Source: Bacteroidota bacterium (GTDB taxonomy: Bacteria > Bacteroidota > Bacteroidia > JAIBAJ01). From it: a stretch of DNA of 64,000 nt. The stretch lies in the NCBI GenBank assembly GCA_947475205.1, contig CANJNG010000001.1:679-64678 (forward strand), given 5' to 3'. The notes beneath the pieces are model-generated. The model had not been told where the DNA came from and searched no databases. It worked only from the letters and a program-made list of their open reading frames with translations. The first letter of the stretch is position 1; each line of letters begins with the position of its first letter. The position numbers were made by a program, and so were the translations under genes. Of this stretch, positions 1 through 10,341 are shown piece by piece.

Positions 1-986
1 GGAAAAGAATACCCTATTACTACTAATATATTTGTGCCTTTTGCTGCCTCTATTGCTTTTTGATAATTTTCATTTTTACTAATCTCATTTTCCTCAAATG
101 CAAATCTAATATCTGATGAATCTTTATAAACCCCTTTTTTAAAAGAAAATTTTAGAAAAGCTCTACTTGATTCTAAATATGACTCAAAGGAATCTAAACC
201 ATATATTCCCGAAATGTCAGATTTTTTTTCATTTTTATCGGGTCTATAGCGACAAAGCCCATTCAAATGAATAGGCAATAGTGAACTTAAAGAACTATTT
301 TGGGATACGGCTGAACTTTTGATTTTATTAATTGGGAATATTTTAGTGTGAGGTTCAATGTAATCCATTAATGCTAATTCCATTTGAATATCATAGTTCC
401 AGGTTAAAACATTAATATTACTTGGAAATTTATCTGAAAAATCATCATATATAGTTGTAATGAAACTCCTATAGCGTTTATCAGATTCTCTTTCTGAAGA
501 ATATTCAAATCTTTCTTCATACGTTGAATAGTCCTTGTGGCCACCGTAAGTTAATGGAAATGGATTTGCTATGCAATCTAAATTATAAACTAATTGTTTA
601 AAAACCAGGTATTGTTCGAATATAAGTTTTTTTTCATAAAACCAAAGCTTGTCTTTATAGAATAAATATTTAAAATAAGTATCAATAGTCAAGAAGGAAC
701 TTGATTCTCTGCCTAAAGCCTCAACACTGATAATAAAGTTATGTAGTTGATTGTATCTATCTTTGTTTCCATTTAGATTGGCTAATCCTGTAAAATCGGT
801 ATATGTATTTACAACAGTACTAAAATTATTTAATTCTTCAGATAGAGAGTCATAACGCTTTAAAATTTTTACAAAGTGTTTTGGATTCTCTTCTGTTGCT
901 ACCTCTTCCTCTTGAAACCTTTCTTTAACTAATGGCAACACCCCTACGCTTGCACCTGCTCCTAATAAATATGTTATTTTTGGCAT
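1..986 (-). CDS. SIR2_2-like (SIR2 superfamily) protein, C-terminally truncated by the window edge; candidate defence-type NADase
   Basis: ATG at 984-986 on the minus strand. The frame was checked codon by codon down to position 3 and has no stop, so the gene runs off the window. The translation starts MPKITYLLGAGASVGVLPLV (GAGxS NAD-binding motif) and later shows TWNYD (the TTNYD-like motif), PIHLNG and VVIGYSF (the GYS motif), in the order seen in Pfam SIR2_2-type proteins. The region is ~30% GC against ~47% for the flanks. It is missing from the ORF track because it has no in-window stop. Confidence 0.5.
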   Translation of the reverse strand, partial: MPKITYLLGAGASVGVLPLVKERFQEEEVATEENPKHFVKILKRYDSLSEELNNFSTVVNTYTDFTGLANLNGNKDRYNQLHNFIISVEALGRESSSFLTIDTYFKYLFYKDKLWFYEKKLIFEQYLVFKQLVYNLDCIANPFPLTYGGHKDYSTYEERFEYSSERESDKRYRSFITTIYDDFSDKFPSNINVLTWNYDIQMELALMDYIEPHTKIFPINKIKSSAVSQNSSLSSLLPIHLNGLCRYRPDKNEKKSDISGIYGLDSFESYLESSRAFLKFSFKKGVYKDSSDIRFAFEENEISKNENYQKAIEAAKGTNILVVIGYSF

Positions 987-1191
987 ATCGTATATATTGG
1001 GTGTAAATATATTAGAATAATAGTTCTAGTATTAGATATCAAATAGAACATTTTCTGAAATTCGAACTTACTAAATATAGGGATTCTTTGATTCTAACAT
1101 GGAAATTCAATCAATCACGGCACCTACAAGTAGTAGCGTGAAAACACTTCCAACATTTATGCTAAAGGTTGCAAATGGTCCCCCTCCACCC

Positions 1192-2202
1192 CTACATCTT
1201 CACCTTCCTCAATTTATGAAAGAAAGCACTTTCTTTATCGCCAATATCCATCAGTAGGTTCGCAATAGATTTAAAATCCTCGTTTCCGGCTTGTCGTCCT
1301 TTGCATATCCGTCCGGCCGAGAACGCAAAATCTCGCCATTGGTCGCCTATGCCGGTCATTTCTTTCGAGAGTAAAGATAGTTCCGGGTTATCCAATCGCT
1401 TGGCGGCCTGTTGCAAGAAAGCGGCATAAATAAACCGAAATCCCGCACCGCCTGTGCCTATTTCTTCCTGCATCCGCACAATGTTTCCCAAGAACAAAAT
1501 AGCTTTTCGTTCATCCATGGCCGTGGGGTATTTAGCTACTTTATTGGCCATATAGTTGATGGCCCGGCTACCAAAAAAGGGCAAAAAGGGCGGAGTCATA
1601 ATATTTTCGAAACCACTCCAGCGTATCGCCTTTTTAATGGCCGGATTAAAATCCACCTTCTCGGGAACCGACACCGGATAATACATCCTTCCGTTCGGAG
1701 CCAAAACACCTTTCGGAAAACGAGCCCGCTCTAAATCCTTCGGCGAAATGGTGGTGGTGAAATCCAATACCGGATCGCTTACCAAATACTCCCCGTTTTG
1801 CTTTCCGTAAATCAATAAATTATGAGCATTAAAATGAAACCGGAAAGCCTTAGGCAAATAGGGCAGATAGTAAACCGAGGTGAGCATCCCAACGGGAAAA
1901 CCCCGGTCTAAGACCCTATCCAGTTCATCCATTCCCTTTTGGCGGTTGTTTCCAAAGCTTTCGGCCTGAAAGTTTATGCCCAACCTATTGGTTAGTCGCT
2001 TCGAAATCAATCCCGGCATCACGCGATAGGTGGTTCCGGGTATTCCGTTAAGTTTCAAAAAAGGCATGTGGGCAAAAAATATCCCCGAGCCAATTCCAAA
2101 CGCCATTGGCTCGCTTATGTCAAGCCCGTGAAACCTTAGTAAATTGCTTATGGTGCCGCTTTCGCAATGGGCTGCCTGGCGGTGTGTGTAATTTATGCTC
2201 AA
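1192..2202 (-). CDS. BtrH_N (papain-like) / DUF4872 domain protein
   Basis: 336-aa ORF. The N-terminal HCESGTISNLLRFHGLDISEPMAFGIGSGIFF segment matches the BtrH N-terminal family signature (Cys/His papain-like), with a DUF4872-like remainder. Confidence 0.6.
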   Translation of the reverse strand: MSINYTHRQAAHCESGTISNLLRFHGLDISEPMAFGIGSGIFFAHMPFLKLNGIPGTTYRVMPGLISKRLTNRLGINFQAESFGNNRQKGMDELDRVLDRGFPVGMLTSVYYLPYLPKAFRFHFNAHNLLIYGKQNGEYLVSDPVLDFTTTISPKDLERARFPKGVLAPNGRMYYPVSVPEKVDFNPAIKKAIRWSGFENIMTPPFLPFFGSRAINYMANKVAKYPTAMDERKAILFLGNIVRMQEEIGTGGAGFRFIYAAFLQQAAKRLDNPELSLLSKEMTGIGDQWRDFAFSAGRICKGRQAGNEDFKSIANLLMDIGDKESAFFHKLRKVKM

Positions 2203-2211
2203 TGTAAAATT

Positions 2212-2640
2212 TTATTCCGCTCTCAACAGTTCGTTTAGGTCAATGTTTAACACTTCGGCATATTTTTCTTTGGTAGCAGCGGGCAAGGCAGCAAAGGCCG
2301 CCGGGTTATACAGATGTTCCTTCACCTTGGCTTTCGACATATCCATGTATTCCGAAAGCATGGCCTCGTTCATCATGCACTTAGTGCTGTGATAAGCAAG
2401 GGTGCTCCACTGTCCGGCTTTCACCTTTTCCAATGCTTCCTTTGCCTGCTCGTTCACTTCGTCCCAAGCTTGGCTCAGCACCGTTATTTCGGCATCCCAA
2501 CCTATGGATTGCACTTCCACATAATTGCCATTTTCGTCGGTTGCATATTTCAACCCGGTGAATTTTCCACCAATAACGCCACTGTCGTCCTGTGGCACTT
2601 CGTTTGCTTTCATTTGTGTTAATAGAGGCAAATTATCCAT
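2212..2640 (-). CDS. hypothetical protein (142 aa), co-operonic with the BtrH_N gene
   Basis: ORF on the same strand with normal coding composition. Its stop lies 9 nt before the downstream gene's start. No family was recognised. Confidence 0.5.
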   Translation of the reverse strand: MDNLPLLTQMKANEVPQDDSGVIGGKFTGLKYATDENGNYVEVQSIGWDAEITVLSQAWDEVNEQAKEALEKVKAGQWSTLAYHSTKCMMNEAMLSEYMDMSKAKVKEHLYNPAAFAALPAATKEKYAEVLNIDLNELLRAE

Positions 2641-2820
2641 ATCAATACGGATAGATTTTGCGATTCAAAAATAGTGGTTCTGGCTTTAGGGTGGCCTATT
2701 TAATTCTTTTCCCAATTTTTTGGTATTAACTTTAAACAGTAAACCTCAAACTTTAAACCCCTTTAGTATCCCTTTTTTTATCATTTTTGCACCCTCAATT
2801 TTATCCCCGTATTTTTTGAA

Positions 2821-3072
2821 ATGGATTCACTGCTAAGCCGCGTAAATAAAGCTTTAGAACAATTGCGGCCCTTTCTGCAAAACGATGGCGGCGATATAGA
2901 ATTGGTGGAAATTACGCCCAATAAAATAGCCCGAATCAAACTTTTGGGGGCTTGTTCTGTTTGTAGTATGAGCGAAATGACCATGAAGGCAGGCGTAGAA
3001 GAAGCCATTTTAAAGGCTGTTCCCGAAATTAAGGGAGTGGAACCTGTGGTGGACGATGTATTTTTAATTTGA
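2821..3072 (+). CDS. NifU-like Fe-S cluster assembly domain protein
   Basis: 83 aa. The GGDIELVEI...LGACSVCSMS sequence has the CxxC pattern of the NifU C-terminal domain. Confidence 0.8.
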   Translation: MDSLLSRVNKALEQLRPFLQNDGGDIELVEITPNKIARIKLLGACSVCSMSEMTMKAGVEEAILKAVPEIKGVEPVVDDVFLI

Positions 3073-3087
3073 TTTTGAAATTTAGTT

Positions 3088-4947
3088 TTGATGAACAAAA
3101 CCACTGAGATTAAGAAAGATGTTACGATTTTGTTTGCCGGCGACAGTGGCGATGGAATTCAACTCACCGGAACCCAGTTTACAAACACCAATGCCCTTTT
3201 TGGCAACGATTTAAGCACTTTCCCTAATTTCCCTGCCGAGATACGGGCCCCCCAAGGCACTTTGGCCGGAGTGTCGGGCTTTCAATTGCATTTTGGAAGC
3301 GAACAAATTTATACTCCCGGCGATGAATGCGATGTGTTGGTGGTAATGAATGCGGCTGCCCTAAAAGCGAATCTTAAAAACCTAAAAGCCGGAGGAAGCA
3401 TTATTGCAAACACGGACGGTTTCGACCCCAAGAATTTGAAATTGGCTAAATATCCCGATGGAGTTCAGCCACTCGAAGATCATTCGCTCGATAAATTCAA
3501 ACTCTATACCATCGATGTTACCAAAATGACCAAAACGGCTTTGGCCGATAGTGGTTTGGGTACAAAAGAGATTGACCGCACAAAGAATATGTTTGTGCTT
3601 GGTTTCATTTGTTGGATGTATAACCGTTCGCTCGAAACCAGCGTCAATTATGTAAAAGAACAGTTTCGCAAAAAGCCCGAAATTGTTGAAGCCAACACCA
3701 AGGTTTTGAAAGCCGGTTACCATTTTGGCGAAACCAGCGAAACCTTCACCACCCGCTATCAGGTGGAGAAGGCTGCGATGCCTCCCGGAGTGTATCGCAA
3801 TATAATGGGCAACCAGGCAACAGCTTTGGGTTTATTGGCTGCTTCAAAACTATCGGGCTTGGAAATGTTCTTTGGAACCTATCCCATTACGCCCGCGTCC
3901 GACATATTGCACGAGCTATCGAAATACAAGAATTTTGGGGTGAAAACCTTTCAGGCCGAAGACGAAATAGCAGCCATTACTTCAGCTATTGGAGCAAGTT
4001 TTGGCGGAGCATTGGGTGTTACATCATCATCCGGCCCCGGCATTGCCTTAAAAGGCGAAGCTATTGGTTTGGCTTTGATGCTCGAATTGCCTTTGCTCAT
4101 CGTAAACGTTCAGCGGGGCGGCCCTTCCACCGGATTGCCCACCAAAACCGAACAAGCCGATTTGATGCAAGCAATTTATGGCCGAAATGGTGAAAGTCCG
4201 GTTCCCGTGATAGCAGCTTATTCGCCTTCCAACTGTTTCGATACGGTGATAGAAGCGGCCCGTTTAGCTGTTGAATTTATGACTCCCGTTTTCTTCCTTT
4301 CCGATGGATATATTGCCAATGGTGCCGAACCATGGCGTTTCCCTAAGGAAGCCGATTTGCCTAAGATTACCCCGGTGTTCGCCACCATTAATTCTAAAAC
4401 CGAAGATGGCAAGTTTCTTCCCTACAAACGTAACGAAAAGCTAAGTCGCGAATGGGCAATTCCGGGCACAAAAGGATTGGAACATCGCATCGGAGGCTTA
4501 GAAAAAGAACACGAAACCGGAAACATTAGCTACGACCCCGCCAACCATGAGTTTATGGTGAAAATGCGTCAGGCCAAAGTGGATAAAATTGCCGACTATA
4601 TCCCCTTGCAGAAATTGGAATCAGGCCCTGAAAAAGGAAAACTCTTGATTGTGGGCTGGGGGAGCACTTACGGTTCTATCACCGCAGCCGCAAAGCAGGC
4701 CGTTGCCGAAGGGATTGAAGTATCGCATGTTCATTTACGTTATCTGAATCCTTTACCTAAAAACTTAGGTGAAATCCTTTCCAACTTCGAACGGATTATT
4801 GTTCCTGAAATGAATAATGGCCAGTTGGTGCGTATTCTGCGTGACAAATACTTAGTGCCTGCTGAAGGATTTAATAAAATTAAAGGAGAACCATTTTCAA
4901 CGAAAGAAATTTTAGGGAAGATTAGAGAAGCTGTTTTAGTTAGTTAA
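3088..4947 (+). CDS. korA: 2-oxoglutarate/2-oxoacid:ferredoxin oxidoreductase subunit alpha
   Basis: 619 aa with a KorA-like domain order (gamma/alpha region). It sits 16 nt after the NifU gene and directly before the TPP-binding beta subunit. Confidence 0.85.
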   Translation: MMNKTTEIKKDVTILFAGDSGDGIQLTGTQFTNTNALFGNDLSTFPNFPAEIRAPQGTLAGVSGFQLHFGSEQIYTPGDECDVLVVMNAAALKANLKNLKAGGSIIANTDGFDPKNLKLAKYPDGVQPLEDHSLDKFKLYTIDVTKMTKTALADSGLGTKEIDRTKNMFVLGFICWMYNRSLETSVNYVKEQFRKKPEIVEANTKVLKAGYHFGETSETFTTRYQVEKAAMPPGVYRNIMGNQATALGLLAASKLSGLEMFFGTYPITPASDILHELSKYKNFGVKTFQAEDEIAAITSAIGASFGGALGVTSSSGPGIALKGEAIGLALMLELPLLIVNVQRGGPSTGLPTKTEQADLMQAIYGRNGESPVPVIAAYSPSNCFDTVIEAARLAVEFMTPVFFLSDGYIANGAEPWRFPKEADLPKITPVFATINSKTEDGKFLPYKRNEKLSREWAIPGTKGLEHRIGGLEKEHETGNISYDPANHEFMVKMRQAKVDKIADYIPLQKLESGPEKGKLLIVGWGSTYGSITAAAKQAVAEGIEVSHVHLRYLNPLPKNLGEILSNFERIIVPEMNNGQLVRILRDKYLVPAEGFNKIKGEPFSTKEILGKIREAVLVS

Positions 4948-5009
4948 TAGATTAACATTAATCTCCCATCTCAAGTCTGATATCTAAAATCTAATGTCTA
5001 AAATCTAAA

Positions 5010-6020
5010 ATGACCACTACATATACAGCCAAAGACCTCGTTACCGACCAAGATGTGCGTTGGTGTCCGGGTTGCGGCGACTATTCTATCTTAAAACAGG
5101 TTCAAACCGTTATTCCTGAATTGGGAATTGAAAAAGAAAAGCTTGTTTTTATCTCCGGCATCGGCTGTTCAAGCAGATTCCCTTATTACATGGATACTTT
5201 CGGCATGCATAGCATCCACGGAAGAGCAACAGCTATTGCCAGTGGCTTGAAAGCTACCCGACCCGATTTAAGCGTTTGGATTGTTACCGGCGATGGCGAC
5301 TCTATGTCGATTGGCGGCAATCATCTCATTCACCTGCTTCGCCGCAATTTTGATGTGAATATTTTATTATTCAACAATGAAATCTATGGCTTAACCAAAG
5401 GACAATATTCTCCTACATCGGAACGAGGCAAAATAACCAAATCCACGCCTATGGGTTCGGTAGACCATCCATTTAATCCTTTGGCCTTATGCTTGGGTGC
5501 CGATTCTACTTTTATTGCCCGCACAATGGACAGAGACCCGGTTCATTTACGCACAACCTTAAAGCGGGCTCACCAACATAAAGGAACTTCTTTGTTGGAA
5601 ATATACCAAAACTGCAATGTGTTTAATGATGGTGCTTTTGAATTATTCACCGAAAAATCATCGAAACCCGAAGAGGCTTTGTTTTTGGAACACGGCCAAC
5701 CTTTAGTTTTTGGTATCAATAAAAATAAAGGCATCAAATTAGATGGCTTCAAACCCGTGGTGGTTGAATTGGAAGGCAATTCATTGAACGACCTTTGGAT
5801 TCACGATGAATCTGACCGCATGAAGGCATCATTGCTTACCCGTTTCTTTGGCGAAATGGGTGCAGAAAACCATTTACCACGGCCCTTTGGTGTGTTTTAT
5901 CAGGAAAATCGCTACACCTACGAAGATGCTATGCTGGAACAACTTGAAGAGGCTACCTCAAAAGGTATTGGCAATTTAGATGCAATGATTCAGGGAAAGA
6001 ATACCTGGGTGGTGGAATAA
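5010..6020 (+). CDS. korB: 2-oxoacid:ferredoxin oxidoreductase subunit beta (TPP-binding)
   Basis: 336 aa with the GDGD TPP motif (VTGDGDSMSIGGNH). Confidence 0.85.
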   Translation: MTTTYTAKDLVTDQDVRWCPGCGDYSILKQVQTVIPELGIEKEKLVFISGIGCSSRFPYYMDTFGMHSIHGRATAIASGLKATRPDLSVWIVTGDGDSMSIGGNHLIHLLRRNFDVNILLFNNEIYGLTKGQYSPTSERGKITKSTPMGSVDHPFNPLALCLGADSTFIARTMDRDPVHLRTTLKRAHQHKGTSLLEIYQNCNVFNDGAFELFTEKSSKPEEALFLEHGQPLVFGINKNKGIKLDGFKPVVVELEGNSLNDLWIHDESDRMKASLLTRFFGEMGAENHLPRPFGVFYQENRYTYEDAMLEQLEEATSKGIGNLDAMIQGKNTWVVE

Positions 6021-6153
6021 TTAATTATTCCTATAAAGTTATAAAGGGTAACATCTGCGTTCCTTTCTGTAGATAAGGCTTTACGAATATTGATGGATTA
6101 GAGACCATAAACTGTTTGTTTCATACAAACGATTTTATCCTGAAATTCGCTCC

Positions 6154-7023
6154 GTGCCTAAATTCTCATTTCGCAGTCTGTTTTCTTCCTCCGAAAAGGA
6201 ATCAACTTCAGCCAAGCCCGTAGATGTTGGTGAATTTTACAATCAAACCACCGATAAGTTCTTAGCCGTTTATGGTGAGATAATTCAGGCATTTCGCACC
6301 AATGATGTAACGAAGTATTTAGATTACACAGCTCAAAGTGCAAGGCTTGCCGATGGAATGACGGTAATAGATGCCGGATGCGGTGTGTGCGGTCCGGCTT
6401 TACATTTTGCCGATAAGTATCCTACTATAAAAATTGAAGCCTGCACGGTTTCTTCCGTTCAGGTGGAAAAGGCTAATGAGAGAATAGCGGCCGCCGGCAA
6501 ACAAAATCAAATAGCAGTTACCGAAGGGGATTATCATAAGCTCAATAAAACATACCCCAACAGCCATTTCGACAGGGTGTATTTTTTGGAGTCCTTTGGT
6601 CATTCAAACGATAAACGAACATTGCTTAATGGGGTTTGGGATGTGCTGAAACCCGGCGGAATGGTTTACATTAAAGATTTGTTTCGCCGCATATCGTCTG
6701 ATGAGTGGGAACAACTGCACATCGACCACATTTGCGGTCAGATAAATAAGGCATACTGTTATCATATTGCCGACCTCAACGCCATTTTAGATATTCTACG
6801 GAGCAAGGGTTATATACTTCATTTCGTGAAAATTCCCGAGGTAGAAGTTTCGGAGTTTGAGCATTTGAGTATCTCCAACGACTTTCAGAATTTATTTGAT
6901 ATTGGCAAAATAGAATCGTGGAATGACTATGTTTTTCCAATAGATTTTTTTGAGATACTGGCCGAGAAGCCTCGCTTTAATACTGAGGCCGAGAAACATT
7001 TATACTTTATGAATCGGAAGTAG
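6154..7023 (+). CDS. class I SAM-dependent methyltransferase
   Basis: VIDAGCGVCGP SAM-binding motif I. The true start may lie downstream of the listed Met. Confidence 0.7.
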   Translation: MPKFSFRSLFSSSEKESTSAKPVDVGEFYNQTTDKFLAVYGEIIQAFRTNDVTKYLDYTAQSARLADGMTVIDAGCGVCGPALHFADKYPTIKIEACTVSSVQVEKANERIAAAGKQNQIAVTEGDYHKLNKTYPNSHFDRVYFLESFGHSNDKRTLLNGVWDVLKPGGMVYIKDLFRRISSDEWEQLHIDHICGQINKAYCYHIADLNAILDILRSKGYILHFVKIPEVEVSEFEHLSISNDFQNLFDIGKIESWNDYVFPIDFFEILAEKPRFNTEAEKHLYFMNRK

Positions 7024-7030
7024 TTGGAGG

Positions 7031-9370
7031 TTACACCCGCACTCCCATCACCAAAATATCGTCTACTTGCACTTTATTGCCTTTAAACTCTTCGAGGTAG
7101 TTGCGAAGGAAGTTTCCCTGTTCAAACATGGGTGTATCTTGCATAGATAAAACAAGTTCTTTAAACCGCCGTTTGGTGAGTTTACGTTCGGGTTCGCCAC
7201 CAAACTGGTCGGCATAACCATCGCTGAACACATAAATGCTATCACCTTTTTCCAATTGAATGGTATGGTTTGTAAAAGGTAGCGAAGCATCATCGTATTT
7301 TCCAACCCCTTGATTATTCCCTTTTACTTCAATAAGCTCTCCTTTTCTTACAATCCAAAGTGGGTTGTTTGCTCCTGCCCATTGCAGCATATTGGTTTCT
7401 GGGTTAAACAGGCATAGCGAAGCATCCATCCCGTCGGAGATTTCATTTTCGCTTTTCGAGAAATTCTCTACCACTATCTCTGACACTTTATCTAATATTT
7501 TAGCTGGTTCGGTAATGCCAAATTCGCGTACCGCTCTGTTCAATGCATTATTGCACACCACCGAAACCATAGCCCCCGATACTCCGTGGCCTGTGCAGTC
7601 GCAGGCAGCGAACAATACAGATCCTTCCCAGCCACCAAGCCCCTCTCCATCTCTCCCCAAAGGGGAGAGGGCAAATGCCGTATCCTCGTTATGCGTTAGC
7701 CGCATTAACTCCTCCCCCTTTGGGGGAGGCTGGGAGGGGGCCTCCATCCAATAAAAATCCCCGGCAATAATATCTTTAGGCATATAAAGAACAAAGGAGT
7801 TTTGCAGATATTGCTTCACAATTTTGGTGGGTGGCAGTATGGCATTTTGTACCCGCAATGCACAGTTGATGGATTCGAGAATCTGAACGTTTTTGAATTC
7901 TACAATCTCTTTTTGGGTGATTACTTCTAAGCGTTGTTGTTCGATGGTATCGCGTTGCCGCAGGGTGATTTTGTATCGATTATAAACAAAAGCTATAAAA
8001 AGTGCGAGCACAATAAGCCCCACAATCAAGCCAATTCGGACGTTCTTTTGGTTTTTGATAACCAATTCCTGATTCTCTTTTTCTGTATTTAGTAGTTTTA
8101 TTTGTGCTTCCTTTTTTTCAGATTGATACTTCCCATCAAGTTCCTGAATTAGCTGAGCGTTGTTTTGCTGAGCTAGGCTATCGGTATAGTACACACAATC
8201 TTCATAATATTCATATGCCGCTTTGTAATCTCCGGCTTTATATTTTAAGGATGCTAAAGAACGCAGTGCATCGCACATCTTCACTAACCGCTTTTCCTCG
8301 TGGGTTTCGGCTATTTTAAGGGCAGTTTCGAGATATTCTCCCGCTTTGTCATATTGCTTCAATCGTCCATATATTTTGCCATAATATCGGTTAATGTTGA
8401 AATCAAATTGATTGATGTTATGCTCTTTCCCAATGGCTACCGCTTTATCTAAAAAGGATAAAGCCTTGGGAGAGTTATCGTCATAAATATAGAAATGGCT
8501 AAGGTTTACGATATACATAATCTGGCTAGCATAATCGTTTTGCTGTTCGGCAATTTGCACGGCTTTGGACAAATACTCTACTTCTTGGGCGTAGTTTTCC
8601 ATTTGCGAATACATATCTGCGGCCAGGGATAAGCCCTCGGCTTCGAGGCTCAAATCCTTAATTTCCTTAGCCAATCGTATCATTCTTTCATAGTATTCTA
8701 ACGATTGCTCATAGTTTTTTATGCGTTTGAACACCGAACCAACAAAATGCAGCAACTGCCCATAATCGGCTGTCATTATGTGATGCTTTTCATAAATATC
8801 TTGCGACTGCTGCATAAAATGCAAGGCAGTTGTATAGTCTTCCTTGTCGTAATAGTTTCGGCCTTTATCGCGAAGCAGCTTAGCTTCAAAGGCTATGTTT
8901 CCGGCCGGGAGATAGTCAAAAGCACTATCGTTATACATTAGGGCTTTTGAAGGCGAAAACTGAATTGCCCAACAGTGCGACATCAGGTAATAAAGCTCTG
9001 AAAGATATTTGGTGCTCTTAGTCTTTCGGGCTTCATCAATGCCGATTTGTATTGTAGGAAGAGCTTCTTCGGCCTGGTCAGCATCTAACCAGCCACGGCC
9101 AATTTTGAGGCAGCTGCGTTGTTTGTGATCTGAGTTCGTTTCTTTGGCAATATCGGCAAGCAGTTCCTGGGTTAAATGCTTTGCGGCCACCCTATCGGTA
9201 ATTACAAAATGGCGGAATATTCTGATTTTGGTGTTAATCCGTTCGGTATCGGATTTGGCTGCTGCAAGGGCTTTTTGAAGCGAATCGAGATTTGCTTTTT
9301 GGGAATAGGTTTTGGAATATCCCAAACAAAAGATGAGCAGGAAGCTCAAAACCCGAAATAAGTTTTTCAA
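7031..9370 (-). CDS. TPR-repeat sensor with a SpoIIE/PP2C-type serine phosphatase domain
   Basis: 779 aa. It has a signal peptide, multiple TPR-like repeats, one TM helix, and a C-terminal PP2C signature (GDFYW..., CDCTGHGVSGAMVS, FSDGYADQFGG). Confidence 0.8.
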   Translation of the reverse strand: MKNLFRVLSFLLIFCLGYSKTYSQKANLDSLQKALAAAKSDTERINTKIRIFRHFVITDRVAAKHLTQELLADIAKETNSDHKQRSCLKIGRGWLDADQAEEALPTIQIGIDEARKTKSTKYLSELYYLMSHCWAIQFSPSKALMYNDSAFDYLPAGNIAFEAKLLRDKGRNYYDKEDYTTALHFMQQSQDIYEKHHIMTADYGQLLHFVGSVFKRIKNYEQSLEYYERMIRLAKEIKDLSLEAEGLSLAADMYSQMENYAQEVEYLSKAVQIAEQQNDYASQIMYIVNLSHFYIYDDNSPKALSFLDKAVAIGKEHNINQFDFNINRYYGKIYGRLKQYDKAGEYLETALKIAETHEEKRLVKMCDALRSLASLKYKAGDYKAAYEYYEDCVYYTDSLAQQNNAQLIQELDGKYQSEKKEAQIKLLNTEKENQELVIKNQKNVRIGLIVGLIVLALFIAFVYNRYKITLRQRDTIEQQRLEVITQKEIVEFKNVQILESINCALRVQNAILPPTKIVKQYLQNSFVLYMPKDIIAGDFYWMEAPSQPPPKGEELMRLTHNEDTAFALSPLGRDGEGLGGWEGSVLFAACDCTGHGVSGAMVSVVCNNALNRAVREFGITEPAKILDKVSEIVVENFSKSENEISDGMDASLCLFNPETNMLQWAGANNPLWIVRKGELIEVKGNNQGVGKYDDASLPFTNHTIQLEKGDSIYVFSDGYADQFGGEPERKLTKRRFKELVLSMQDTPMFEQGNFLRNYLEEFKGNKVQVDDILVMGVRV

Positions 9371-9470
9371 AGCGTATATTTTGATGGCCGAAATTAATGC
9401 AATTTAAGAGCGAATGTTAAAATTCAGATGGAGGTAATTGTTCAATAAATTTCATTAGAAAGGAAAGCTA

Positions 9471-9511
9471 TACACAATATATTTATTGATAATCAATAAA
9501 TATATTGTGTA
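9471..9511. promoter_or_regulatory. perfect 41-bp palindrome (20-bp arms), candidate operator for the downstream XRE regulator
   Basis: TACACAATATATTTATTGAT-A-ATCAATAAATATATTGTGTA, with arms that are exact reverse complements. It lies in the divergent intergenic region, 39 bp upstream of the DUF2975 start. Confidence 0.5.
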
Positions 9512-9549
9512 ATTCAATGAATTCGATTTACATTTGCCGCCAATACTAA

Positions 9550-10338
9550 TTGTCATTTATGAAAAACTCATCACCCCTAAGCTTTATAAAAGGAATGTTT
9601 TGGTTCTTTCGGATTGGATTTTGGCTTCAATTGGTAATAATCTTTATTCAACTCTTTTTTAATTATGTAATGTATGACAGCGAGCAGGGTTTATACTTTA
9701 CAGTGCGGGGGAATATTTACGCCCATACTACACAGCCGCATCTTCCCAATTTACACCCTTTAGATTCAGTTATTCATAAAACACCCGCAACCTCCGTAAG
9801 TCGCAGCAAATATGGCGTAACAACATTGGATACAATTGGGAGCAAAACTATTTATATGTTCAACGGCCAGCAGTTTGGATTTTTGCGGGTTGATTACACT
9901 GAATTCACCAAGGCATTTACGGTTACAAATATGCTTTGGTTCTTGGCCGATATTTCATTTTTTCTGCTTTGGCTTATCATTACTTATCAGATTATGAAGA
10001 TACTTCAATCCATTAAGGATGAGGCTGTTTTTATTCAGCAGAATATAAAACGAATTACCTTCATCGGTTGGGCTTTTATTCTTATGACTTTTGTTGAAAT
10101 TGTAAAAGATCAGGTTTTTTTCTTAGTTGCAAAGCAGCACTTGCAGGATACAGGTCTTACCCTAATTTCAAATGTAAATTGGTATGATTTGGTTCCAATT
10201 TCATTGTATTCTGTTTCTTACGACACCATGAATCATTCCCGATTTCAAGGCATAGCTTTGGGCTTGATAATCCTGGTAATTGCTCAGATATTTAAAAACG
10301 GGTTTGAATTACAAAAAGAAAAGGACTTAACCATTTAA
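9550..10338 (+). CDS. DUF2975-like multi-pass membrane protein
   Basis: Hydrophobic protein with 4-5 TM helices. It sits 4 nt upstream of a short XRE HTH gene, which is the classic DUF2975/XRE pairing. The listed start may be too far upstream. Confidence 0.5.
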   Translation: MSFMKNSSPLSFIKGMFWFFRIGFWLQLVIIFIQLFFNYVMYDSEQGLYFTVRGNIYAHTTQPHLPNLHPLDSVIHKTPATSVSRSKYGVTTLDTIGSKTIYMFNGQQFGFLRVDYTEFTKAFTVTNMLWFLADISFFLLWLIITYQIMKILQSIKDEAVFIQQNIKRITFIGWAFILMTFVEIVKDQVFFLVAKQHLQDTGLTLISNVNWYDLVPISLYSVSYDTMNHSRFQGIALGLIILVIAQIFKNGFELQKEKDLTI

Positions 10339-10341
10339 GCT

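Noticed and set aside
1411-1734. 107-aa plus-strand ORF inside the BtrH_N gene
   Set aside because: It is antisense to a well-supported 336-aa gene and has an unremarkable peptide. It is treated as a spurious shadow ORF, as are the similar antisense ORFs inside korA, SpoIIE, HAL, the T9SS genes and the TonB receptor.
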